A stretch of DNA of 64,000 nucleotides, taken from NCBI GenBank assembly GCA_030535535.1, contig JAUNRU010000005.1, positions 164-64,163 of the forward strand, read 5' to 3'. Position 1 is the stretch's first letter. Every line of letters starts with the position of its first letter. Of this stretch, positions 1 through 8,201 are shown one piece after another. Both the position numbers and the translations under genes were made by a program. Under the pieces are notes generated by a model. That model saw nothing but the letters and a program-made list of their open reading frames with translations. It did not search any database and was not told the DNA's origin. This DNA comes from Corynebacterium casei (GTDB lineage: Bacteria > Actinomycetota > Actinomycetes > Mycobacteriales > Mycobacteriaceae).

Positions 1-529
1 AGACGGCATCGACGCCATCAACAGCGAGGATCTCATCGGCGTTCTTCACCGCTTCGGCTGACTCAATCTGCACGGTGAGGCTGAGGGTCTCACTCGCGGT
101 GGTGAGATAATTCGGCACCGCATTCCAGCGCGAAGAACGCGCCAGTGCAGAACCCACACCACGCACGCCACGCGGCGGGTAATGCATCGCTGCAACCGCA
201 GCTTCGGCTTCCTGGGCGGAATCGACCATAGGAATCATCAAGTTCTGCGCACCCAGGTCAAGATACTGTTTAATCAACACGGTGTCATTAACCGGCAAGC
301 GCACCATCGGCGTTGCATCATAAGCGCTAACCGCGCGCAGCAAGGTGGTAATGGTCTCCAGGCTATAAGGGGAGTGCTCACCATCGACGAGTACCCAATC
401 AAAGCCCGCGGAGGCAACAATCTCTGCCGCGGCAGAAGAGCCGGAAGAGATCCACATGCCGACCTGCGGCCGCGAGGCATCGGCAAGCTGTGCATTAAAC
501 GGCTTTGGTAGTTCTACTGGAAACGGCAT
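1..529 (-). CDS. hpaI: HpcH/HpaI aldolase (4-hydroxy-2-oxoheptanedioate aldolase), partial, runs off the window edge
   Basis: Not in ORF track; read manually from ATG at 529: MPFPVELPKPFNAQLADASRPQVGMWISSGS...GFDWVLVDGEH...YPPRGVRGVG...VQIES, which are HpcH family motifs. Start overlaps the end of hpaH. Confidence 0.9.
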   Translation of the reverse strand, partial: MPFPVELPKPFNAQLADASRPQVGMWISSGSSAAAEIVASAGFDWVLVDGEHSPYSLETITTLLRAVSAYDATPMVRLPVNDTVLIKQYLDLGAQNLMIPMVDSAQEAEAAVAAMHYPPRGVRGVGSALARSSRWNAVPNYLTTASETLSLTVQIESAEAVKNADEILAVDGVDAV

Positions 530-1299
530 GTGATTGCTCCTAGCTCACCATAATCGGCGTGGACAGTATCGCCTGGGTAGACCCACATTGGCTTGGTAAA
601 AGAACCAGCCAGGATGATTTCCCCGGCCTTGAGAGTCTCACCGTGCGCATGCAGCTTATTAGCCAGCCACGCCACACCCATCGCTGGGTGATTGAGCACA
701 GCTGCTGCCACGCCGGTGTCCTCAATGGACTCATTGCGATACAGCAGGGCAGAGACCCAACGCAGGTCAACCGCATCTGGGGCAACCGGGTTGCCGCCGT
801 AGACCATCGCACCAAGCGCCGCGTTATCAGAGATGGTGTCCACGATGGTGCGGCCTTCCATCTCAATGCGAGAAGACAAAATCTCCAGCGCAGGCACTAC
901 GTATTCCGTTGCGCGCAGCACGTCGAAGATATTGACGTTGGGACCAGACAGGTCCTCTTTGAGCACGAATGCCAGTTCCACCTCAATGCGCACATTGGAG
1001 AACTGCTCATGCTCAATGATGGAGCCGTTCTCAAAAATCTGGTCTTCAAAAATCGCGCCATAATCTGGCTCAGTAATACCGGTAGCTTCCTGCATGACCT
1101 TGGAAGTCAGGCCAATCTTGCGGCCTACCAGCTTGGAACCCGCCTCTATCTTGCGCTGCACCCACTGGCCCTGCACCGCGTAGGAATCCTCCACGGTCAT
1201 ATCTGGATAAGTCGCGGTCAGACGTGGAATCATGGTGCGGTTATTCTCCGCCTCATGCAGTTGCTTGGCAATTTCTTGGAGTTGTTCTTTTTCTAACAT
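514..1299 (-). CDS. hpaH: 2-oxo-hept-4-ene-1,7-dioate hydratase
   Basis: 261 aa; GRKIGLTS, RIEVELAF, DTISDNAA, LAGSFT FAH-family hydratase motifs; hpa operon context. Confidence 0.92.
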   Translation of the reverse strand: MLEKEQLQEIAKQLHEAENNRTMIPRLTATYPDMTVEDSYAVQGQWVQRKIEAGSKLVGRKIGLTSKVMQEATGITEPDYGAIFEDQIFENGSIIEHEQFSNVRIEVELAFVLKEDLSGPNVNIFDVLRATEYVVPALEILSSRIEMEGRTIVDTISDNAALGAMVYGGNPVAPDAVDLRWVSALLYRNESIEDTGVAAAVLNHPAMGVAWLANKLHAHGETLKAGEIILAGSFTKPMWVYPGDTVHADYGELGAITCRFQ

Positions 1300-1366
1300 T
1301 CTTAGGTTTCTCCTTGGTCAGAACCTTTAAATAAAACCTCGTAATGGAACCTTGTTTAAAAGGGGA

Positions 1367-1398
1367 CAAGCCCAAGCGAGGATCCCCGCTTGGGCTTG
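1367..1398 (-). terminator. Intra-operon stem-loop between hpaD and hpaH (partial terminator or mRNA stabiliser)
   Basis: Perfect 12-bp inverted repeat CAAGCCCAAGCG...CGCTTGGGCTTG. Confidence 0.5.
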
Positions 1399-1414
1399 AG
1401 CATAGCTGCGGGGA

Positions 1415-2494
1415 TTAAAGCTGGTTGCCCAGCTTGTACTCGCCCTTCTTCCAATCTGGCATGGACTCTTCTCCCTCGTCAGAACGAGTGTAGGAGAAAC
1501 CGTCTGCGCCGATGGTCTCTTCCAGCTCGGAAGCATCCGTACGCTCCACCAGAGGAACGAGGTTACCGTCCAGGTCCAGAACGCGGGATGCGTCGGTGTA
1601 CCAAGAAGGAACAACTGGGGTACCCCACCAGTCACGACGCTGGTTATCGTGCACGTCCCAGACAACAACTGGGTTGTCAGGGTCACCGGTGTAATAATCC
1701 TGGGTGTAGATTTCCACGCGGTGTCCATCTGGATCGCGCAGGTAGAGGTAGAAAGCGTTGGAGACGCCGTGGCGGCCAGGGCCACGCTCAATCGCATCCG
1801 AGCGACGCAGTGCGCCGAGCTTGTCACAGATAGCCAAGATGTTGTGCTTCTCGTGGGTTGCGAATGCAATGTGGTGCATACGAGGGCCATCGCCACCGGT
1901 CATCGCGGTGTCGTGCACGGTTGGCTTGCGGCGCATCCATGCAGCGTAGGTAGTGCCCTTTTCATCACGAATAGCTTCGGTGACGCGGAAGCCCAAGTCT
2001 TCCATGTACTTCTCAGCCTTAGGAACGTCAGGGGTCACCTGGTTGAAGTGGTCCAGACGAACCAGCGCGCCTGGGCTGTAGAGCTCATAGCGCCAAGCCA
2101 GACGCTCAACGTGGTCTACCTCGTAGAAGAACTCGTATGGGAAGCCCAGTGGATCCTCAACACGAACAGAGTCGCCGATACCCTTCACGAAGCCGTCCTT
2201 GTTGCGCTCGGTGCGGCAGCCCAGGTTCTTGTAGAAAGCTTCAGCGGCATCAACATCTTCTGGGGTGCGAACACGGTAGCTGAATACGCCGATGGCGGCT
2301 TCAGGGCCCTTCTTCAGCACGATGTTGTGGTGAATGAATTCTTCCATGGAGCGCAGGTAGATCTCATTGTCGTCTTCTTCGGTAACAACGAGGCCGAGAA
2401 CGTCCACGTAGAACTCGCGGGACTTTGCCAAGTCGGTAACGACGATCTCCATGTATGCGCAGCGCAGGATATCTGGGGCTTGTACTTCAGTCAT
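1415..2494 (-). CDS. hpaD: 3,4-dihydroxyphenylacetate (homoprotocatechuate) 2,3-dioxygenase, VOC extradiol type
   Basis: 359 aa; RLDHFN, MHHIAF, ERGPGRHG, YLRDPDGHRVEIY, RRDWWG as in actinobacterial HPCD/MndD. Confidence 0.95.
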   Translation of the reverse strand: MTEVQAPDILRCAYMEIVVTDLAKSREFYVDVLGLVVTEEDDNEIYLRSMEEFIHHNIVLKKGPEAAIGVFSYRVRTPEDVDAAEAFYKNLGCRTERNKDGFVKGIGDSVRVEDPLGFPYEFFYEVDHVERLAWRYELYSPGALVRLDHFNQVTPDVPKAEKYMEDLGFRVTEAIRDEKGTTYAAWMRRKPTVHDTAMTGGDGPRMHHIAFATHEKHNILAICDKLGALRRSDAIERGPGRHGVSNAFYLYLRDPDGHRVEIYTQDYYTGDPDNPVVVWDVHDNQRRDWWGTPVVPSWYTDASRVLDLDGNLVPLVERTDASELEETIGADGFSYTRSDEGEESMPDWKKGEYKLGNQL

Positions 2495-2557
2495 GATGAC
2501 TCCTTGTGGTCAAAAGGAAAAAAGGGGAGGTGAGAGGAAGGGAAGGGGTGTTGAAAA

Positions 2558-4072
2558 TTAGTCAGTCTGCTTGCCGAAGACTGGGTTGTGTACTTCACCG
2601 AGGTTGATGTGAACAGCCTGCTGGTCGGTGTAGAAGTCGATGGAGCGGTAGCCGCCCTCATGACCCAGACCGGAAGCCTTAACGCCACCGAATGGGGTGC
2701 GCAAGTCACGCACGTTGTTGGAGTTCAACCAGACCATGCCCGCTTCAACGTTCTGTGCGAAGTTGTGGGAGCGCTTCAGATCAGAAGTCCAGATGTACGC
2801 AGCCAGGCCGTACTTGGTGTTGTTAGCCAGCTCAAGAGCTTCTTCATCGGTGTCGAATGGGGTGATAGCTACGACTGGGCCGAAGATTTCTTCCTGGAAG
2901 ATGCGTGCTTCTGGGTCAACGTCCACGAAGACGGTTGGCTGCACAAAGTTGCCCTCTGGGAACTCCTCTGGGCGCTCGCCGCCAGCAACCAGCTTTGCTT
3001 CCTGCTTGCCGATTTCAATGTAAGAAGTGACCTTCTCGTAGTGCTCTGGGTGAACCAGTGCGCCAACCTCAGTCTTAGGGTCAGAAGGCAGGCCAACCTT
3101 GACGCGCTTAGCCTGTGCTGCGTAGCGCTCCACGAACTCGTCGTAGACGCCGCGCTGAACCAAGATGCGGGAACCAGCGGTGCAACGCTCACCGTTGAGG
3201 GAAAAGACGCCGAAGATGGTGGCATCAATCGCGGTGTCCAAGTCAGCGTCATCGAAGACGATAGCTGGGGACTTGCCGCCAAGCTCCATGGACAGGCCCT
3301 TGAGGTAAGGAGCCGCGTTACCGAAGATGATCTGGCCAGTGCGGGACTCGCCGGTGAAAGAAATCAGTGGAACATCTGGGTGCTTGACCAGCGGGTCACC
3401 AGCGTAGCCTTCTTCACCGAAGCCGTTGACCAGGTTGAATACGCCCTTTGGCAGGCCTGCTTCTTCGAAGATGCCAGCCCACAGCTGAGCGGACAGCGGG
3501 GTGAACTCTGCTGGCTTCAGAACCACGGAGTTACCGGTTGCCAAAGCTGGTGCAAGCTTCCAGGACTCCAGCATGAACGGCGTGTTCCATGGGGTAATCA
3601 GACCAGCGACGCCAATTGGCTTGCGGTTGACGTAGTTGATCTGGCGGCCTGGTACCTTGTAAGCATCATCTGCCTGCGCAACAATCAGGTCAGAGAAGAA
3701 ACGGAAGTTCTCAGCTGCACGCTTTGCCTGACCAGTTGCCTGGGTGATTGGCAGACCGGAGTCGAAGGACTCCCAGGTAGCCAGAACATCCGCGCGGGAT
3801 TCCACAACGTCTGCAATCTTGTCCAGAACGCGAGCGCGCTCACGTGGAAGCATGGAGGACCATGGTCCGTTCTTGAAGGCATCGTTAGCCGCGGCGACTG
3901 CCTTGTCAATGTCTTCTGGCTTGCCTGATGCAGCCTTGATGTATGGCTGATTGGTTACTGGATCAATGACGTCGAATTCATCACCGTCAACGGATGGAAC
4001 AAACTCACCGTTGATGTAGTGAAGAATTTTCTCTGGCAGGTCCTGTGGCTTTGCAGCATCATTATTAGTCAT
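2558..4072 (-). CDS. hpaE: 5-carboxymethyl-2-hydroxymuconate semialdehyde dehydrogenase
   Basis: 504 aa ALDH: ITPWN, FTGES, MELGGKSP, NGERC, EEIFGP, PFGG; hpa context. Confidence 0.93.
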   Translation of the reverse strand: MTNNDAAKPQDLPEKILHYINGEFVPSVDGDEFDVIDPVTNQPYIKAASGKPEDIDKAVAAANDAFKNGPWSSMLPRERARVLDKIADVVESRADVLATWESFDSGLPITQATGQAKRAAENFRFFSDLIVAQADDAYKVPGRQINYVNRKPIGVAGLITPWNTPFMLESWKLAPALATGNSVVLKPAEFTPLSAQLWAGIFEEAGLPKGVFNLVNGFGEEGYAGDPLVKHPDVPLISFTGESRTGQIIFGNAAPYLKGLSMELGGKSPAIVFDDADLDTAIDATIFGVFSLNGERCTAGSRILVQRGVYDEFVERYAAQAKRVKVGLPSDPKTEVGALVHPEHYEKVTSYIEIGKQEAKLVAGGERPEEFPEGNFVQPTVFVDVDPEARIFQEEIFGPVVAITPFDTDEEALELANNTKYGLAAYIWTSDLKRSHNFAQNVEAGMVWLNSNNVRDLRTPFGGVKASGLGHEGGYRSIDFYTDQQAVHINLGEVHNPVFGKQTD

Positions 4073-4105
4073 GTTTTAGCTCCTTAAGCTTCTGTGCTTG
4101 CTGTA

Positions 4106-4789
4106 CTAGTTGTCTTTGTCTGCGGTGTTTTCCGCGTTCAAGCGCTGACGGTAGGAGGTTGAAGTTTCAAGTCGGTGGTTACGGGCCTGGGCTTCGATGT
4201 AGAACTTGTCTGCTTTTGCTTCGATGAGTGCAACCAACCTCTCGTGCTCTTCCACCGAGTCCTGCGCCCTTTGCGGCACATACCTAAAGGTGGAAACGCG
4301 GAAGTACTCGAGGTTCTCCCATTCATCGAAAAGCAACTGCACCAACCTGGCGTTCGGGCACTTGCCAAACAGCACTCGATGAAAAGCTTTATTTAATTGT
4401 GTGAACTCAATCGGATCGAAATCATCGAGCAAATCGCGCATCTTCTGGTTCACCGCCCGCGCCTGCGCCAAATCCTCTGCTTCTAGCAGCGGGGCGGACA
4501 ACGCGGTGGCTCTACCTTCCAGTACGGCGATGGTCTCCATGGTTTCGAAGTACACATCCTGGTTGTAGGTAGAAACCCGGGCGCCCACATTGCGTTCGTA
4601 GGTGACCAGGCCTTCTGCCTCCAGCTGCCGAATGGCCTCTCGCACCGGGACGACGCTGACTTCCAGCGCCTCCGCAATGGTGGAAAGCACCAGGCGATAT
4701 CCGGGCTCATACTCGCGGGTTCGGATTCTTTCCCGAATCCACGCGTAGGCCGTTTCCGCCTTCGACTTGCTAATTGTTTGCGTCGCCAT
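4106..4789 (-). CDS. GntR/FadR-family transcriptional regulator of the hpa cluster
   Basis: N-terminal wHTH (VSVVPVREAIRQLEAEGLV) plus FCD domain (N..FH, EH). Confidence 0.9.
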   Translation of the reverse strand: MATQTISKSKAETAYAWIRERIRTREYEPGYRLVLSTIAEALEVSVVPVREAIRQLEAEGLVTYERNVGARVSTYNQDVYFETMETIAVLEGRATALSAPLLEAEDLAQARAVNQKMRDLLDDFDPIEFTQLNKAFHRVLFGKCPNARLVQLLFDEWENLEYFRVSTFRYVPQRAQDSVEEHERLVALIEAKADKFYIEAQARNHRLETSTSYRQRLNAENTADKDN

Positions 4790-6311
4790 CGGACTCAGCT
4801 ACGTTCTCAGCTGGATTCGGCACCGGGTTGGACTCAACATAAGCCAGGTAGGCTTCCTTGTTCTTACCGGTTGGCGGGAACATGCCGTCCAGGCTTGCAC
4901 CCTTAGCGACCTGGGCTGCAACCCACTCATCCTCGTGTTCCTTCTTCAAGGCTGCGTCCACAACCTCTTCGGCGATATCACGTGGAATGACCAGAACGCC
5001 GTCATCATCACCAACGATGATGTCACCCGGCTGCACGGCTGCGCCGCCACAAGCGATGGTGATGTCGGAATCCCAAGGCACATGCTTGCGTCCCAGCACT
5101 GATGGGTGTGGACCCTGGCTGAAGACCGGAAGGCCAATGCGCTTTACTTCTTCATAATCACGCACCGCACCATCGGTGACCACGCCAGCGGCCTTGTTAG
5201 CCTGTGCGCGCAACGCCAGAATGTCACCCAAGGTGCCAGCCTCACGCGTGCCGCGGGCTTCAATGACAATGACTTCATCTTCGCGCACGGAATCAAAGAC
5301 TGCCTTTTGCTCATTCAAGCCGCCGCCGTGGGACTTGAACAGGTCTGCACGGAAAGGAATGAAACGCAGGGTGCGAGCCACGCCGACCAGCTTGGTGCCG
5401 GTGGTCTGCGGGAAGACGCCTTCGATGAAGCAATCCACGTTGCCGCGGTTGCGCAACTGCGCGGACAAGCCAGCGGTTGGTGCTGCCTGCAGCTTTGCCT
5501 TCAGCGCGGCCGGCAAGCTCTGCTTATCTTCCACTGGTGGAAGACCAGCGGATTCACGGTCACCGAAAGCATCCTCGCGCTGCTTGTCATCCACATTTGG
5601 AAGCTGACCAACAGCTGGGTCAAAAGAAGCCTCAATCTCAGTAACGGTGGTCTTCAAACGGCCCGAAGTAACGCCACCAGGGACATCAACTTCAACCTCA
5701 ATCACGTCACCTGGAACGATGACGGTGGAACCAGCTGGGGTACCGGTCAAAATAATATCGCCGGTTTCCAAGGTCATGTGCTGAGAAAGGTCAGCCACAA
5801 ACTGTGCGAGTGGGAAGATGAGATCCTCATCCGAGGTGCCATCTTCCTGGACAATTTCACCGTTAACCCAGGTGCGCAGACGCAGACCCTTAGGGTCAAT
5901 CGTCTGCGCATCAATCAAATCTGGGCCAATCGGGGTGTAGCCGTCACGCGACTTGGAGCGGGTGTTAGATCCCTTGTCCTGCGCGCGGTAGTCATACAAA
6001 CCAATATCATTGGAGGCGGTCACGTAGGCGACGTGATCCCACGAATTTTCAAGGGGGACATTGCGCGCAGGCTTGCCGATGATCAAAGCGACTTCACCTT
6101 CAAACGCCAGCAACTCAGTGCCAGCTGGACGCTCAACAACTCCGCCTGATTCGGCGAGAGTGCTGGTTGCCTTGATGAAGTAGCTCGGATACTTAGGCCG
6201 GCGTCCGCGTTGTGCCGCACGGGACTCAAATGCCACATGGACAGCGATCATTTTGCCCGGAAAATCCGGGAGGAACGAAGGAACGGCCACGAATAATTCC
6301 TTTCTGCTCAT
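4770..6311 (-). CDS. Fumarylacetoacetate-hydrolase-family (HpaG-like) protein fused to an RraA/HMG-aldolase-like domain
   Basis: N-half FEGEVA, NDIG, LETGDIILTGTP; C-half GTLGDIL, GVVTDGAVRD, VQPGDIIVGDDDGVLVIP. Start uncertain; ATG at 6311 chosen. Confidence 0.85.
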   Translation of the reverse strand: MSRKELFVAVPSFLPDFPGKMIAVHVAFESRAAQRGRRPKYPSYFIKATSTLAESGGVVERPAGTELLAFEGEVALIIGKPARNVPLENSWDHVAYVTASNDIGLYDYRAQDKGSNTRSKSRDGYTPIGPDLIDAQTIDPKGLRLRTWVNGEIVQEDGTSDEDLIFPLAQFVADLSQHMTLETGDIILTGTPAGSTVIVPGDVIEVEVDVPGGVTSGRLKTTVTEIEASFDPAVGQLPNVDDKQREDAFGDRESAGLPPVEDKQSLPAALKAKLQAAPTAGLSAQLRNRGNVDCFIEGVFPQTTGTKLVGVARTLRFIPFRADLFKSHGGGLNEQKAVFDSVREDEVIVIEARGTREAGTLGDILALRAQANKAAGVVTDGAVRDYEEVKRIGLPVFSQGPHPSVLGRKHVPWDSDITIACGGAAVQPGDIIVGDDDGVLVIPRDIAEEVVDAALKKEHEDEWVAAQVAKGASLDGMFPPTGKNKEAYLAYVESNPVPNPAENVAESDGDANN

Positions 6312-6324
6312 TGCTATTTGACTC

Positions 6325-6340
6325 AAATCGTATATCATTT
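6325..6340. promoter_or_regulatory. Candidate GntR operator in the divergent hpa/MFS promoter
   Basis: Near-palindrome AAATCGTATATCATTT; core matches the perfect palindrome ATCATATATGAT at 8052-8063. Confidence 0.5.
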
Positions 6341-6354
6341 GATCGCGTTGGGCA

Positions 6355-6370
6355 AGTGCGTCACCTCACA
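6355..6370. promoter_or_regulatory. Candidate GlxR (CRP-like) site
   Basis: AGTGC-N6-TCACA versus consensus TGTGA-N6-TCACA (2 mismatches). Confidence 0.35.
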
Positions 6371-6417
6371 AATGCCTAGAAAGTACAAGCAGCACCACAC
6401 AATTGAAAGGGGTTTTA

Positions 6418-7782
6418 ATGACCTCGACCACCACAACCAAAGACGTTTCGCGTCGCGAGCGCCGCAGAGTCCTCGCGGCAACCACCATCGGCACAGCCAT
6501 CGAGTGGTACGACTACTTCCTCTACGCGGCAGTCGCTGGCCTGGTCTTTAACCAGGTCATGTTCGGTCCCCTTGAAGGCGGAATGGCCAGCATCATTGCC
6601 TTTTTGACCGTGGGCATTTCCTTCCTCTTCCGCCCCTTGGGCGCATTTCTAGCTGGGCACTATGGTGACCGTCTGGGCCGCCGCTTCGTCCTCATGGTGA
6701 CCTTGTTTGCCATGGGTGGCGCAACCACCTTGATCGGTTTACTTCCCACCTATGACACGCTGGGATATTGGGCACCATTGCTGCTCATCCTGCTGCGCAT
6801 TATTCAAGGCATTTCAGCCGGCGGCGAATGGGGCTCCGCGGTATTGCTCGCGGTGGAACACGCACCGAAGGAAAAGCGCGGATTGTTCGGCGCAGGCCCC
6901 CAGATTGGTGTACCAATCGGCCTTCTTCTGTCGTCGGGAGTTTTGTCCATCATGAACTGGGTCGCCCCCGGCGACGCCTTCATGGAGTGGGGCTGGCGCG
7001 TACCATTCCTGCTCTCAATCGTGCTGGTAGCGGTTGGCTACTTCGTCCGCATGGGCGTTGATGAATCCCCAGTCTTCGAAGAGATGGCTGAGCGCAAGGA
7101 AGTCGAAGCAGAAAACCCAGCCAAGGTGCTATTCAAGAAGTTCACCCCGCTGGTTATCGTCGCAGCTCTTGTTTTCGCTGGTAACGGCACCGTGGGCTAC
7201 ATGACCACCGGCGGCTACATCCAGTCTTATGCCTCTGATCCAAACGGTCCAGTTGGTCTTGAACGCGGCGATGTCCTCAACGCCGTCACCCTGTCCGCCG
7301 TGACCTGGATGCTGTTTACCCTGTTCGCCGGATTCATTTCTGACAAGATTGGCCGCCGCACCACCTACCTCATCGGCTTCGCACTGCAGGCGATTGCTGC
7401 CGCCGCGCTGTTCCCATTGGTAAACACTGCCAACCTGGGCCTGCTGTACTTCGCACTCATCGCCCTGACCGTCGGCTTGGGCCTGACCTATGGCCAGCAG
7501 TCCGCCATGTACGCCGAACTCTTCCCAGCCTCCATCCGCGCCAGCGGTGTGTCCATCACCTACGCGCTCGGCTCCGTCCTAGGTGGCGCCTTCGCCCCAA
7601 TGATTGCCGCCGCCCTGGTAGAAGCCACCGGCTCCACCACCGCTGTGTCCATCTACCTGGTCAGCGCCTGTGTCATCGGCTTCATCTGCGCCTTCCTCCT
7701 GCGCGAGCGCAAGGGTATTCCTCTTGCATCCGACCACGAAGAAGAGCAGTCCAAGAACCACTTCATCTTCAGCAAGAACTAG
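6418..7782 (+). CDS. MFS transporter, MHS family (likely hydroxyphenylacetate or other aromatic acid importer)
   Basis: EWYDY, FRPLG, GDRLGRR, QGISAGGEWG, DESPVF, AELFP motifs; RBS GAAAGG before ATG 6418. Confidence 0.88.
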   Translation: MTSTTTTKDVSRRERRRVLAATTIGTAIEWYDYFLYAAVAGLVFNQVMFGPLEGGMASIIAFLTVGISFLFRPLGAFLAGHYGDRLGRRFVLMVTLFAMGGATTLIGLLPTYDTLGYWAPLLLILLRIIQGISAGGEWGSAVLLAVEHAPKEKRGLFGAGPQIGVPIGLLLSSGVLSIMNWVAPGDAFMEWGWRVPFLLSIVLVAVGYFVRMGVDESPVFEEMAERKEVEAENPAKVLFKKFTPLVIVAALVFAGNGTVGYMTTGGYIQSYASDPNGPVGLERGDVLNAVTLSAVTWMLFTLFAGFISDKIGRRTTYLIGFALQAIAAAALFPLVNTANLGLLYFALIALTVGLGLTYGQQSAMYAELFPASIRASGVSITYALGSVLGGAFAPMIAAALVEATGSTTAVSIYLVSACVIGFICAFLLRERKGIPLASDHEEEQSKNHFIFSKN

Positions 7783-7806
7783 TTTTCTTTCGAGAGCCTT
7801 GGAACG

Positions 7807-7845
7807 GCCCCGCTGGTATCCACATCAGATATCGGCGGGGCTTTT
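7807..7845 (+). terminator. Rho-independent terminator after MFS gene
   Basis: GCCCCGCTGGTATC...GATATCGGCGGGGC followed by TTTT. Confidence 0.7.
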
Positions 7846-8043
7846 CTCTGCGCCTATAAGTCCACAACGTCTATCGATGCCCACTTTGGAGGACGCCAAA
7901 ACCTAATTCCATGTGAATACACCACACGGAACAGGCTAGGAAAGCGCTCCCCACGGGAATTGCACCCCTAGTGCGGGTACCAGCAGCTTTGTTAAACGCG
8001 CGGCATATTTCCCTCCCTGTTTGACGTGTCACTATTGCCTGAA

Positions 8044-8070
8044 GTGGCAACATCATATATGATTCGCCAC
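8044..8070. promoter_or_regulatory. Candidate GntR operator upstream of FAD monooxygenase
   Basis: Perfect palindrome ATCATATATGAT (8052-8063) flanked by GTGGC/GCCAC. Confidence 0.5.
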
Positions 8071-8201
8071 ATAGGGTCTACGTCACAATCTCACCGCGGT
8101 TTAGCGCCCAGTCACGTTTGGCGCGTTGAAGTCTCACATTGATTGACACGCGAGATACCCCCGGCAAAAAATTCACTGATTGAGTGCACAAGGAGAACCA
8201 C

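Noticed and set aside
2588-3928. 446-aa ORF antisense to hpaE (also 1649-2533, 5106-6149, 20316-21329, 28351-29235, 56714-57832)
   Set aside because: Shadow ORFs opposite well-supported genes; expected from GC-biased codon usage; no recognisable motifs.
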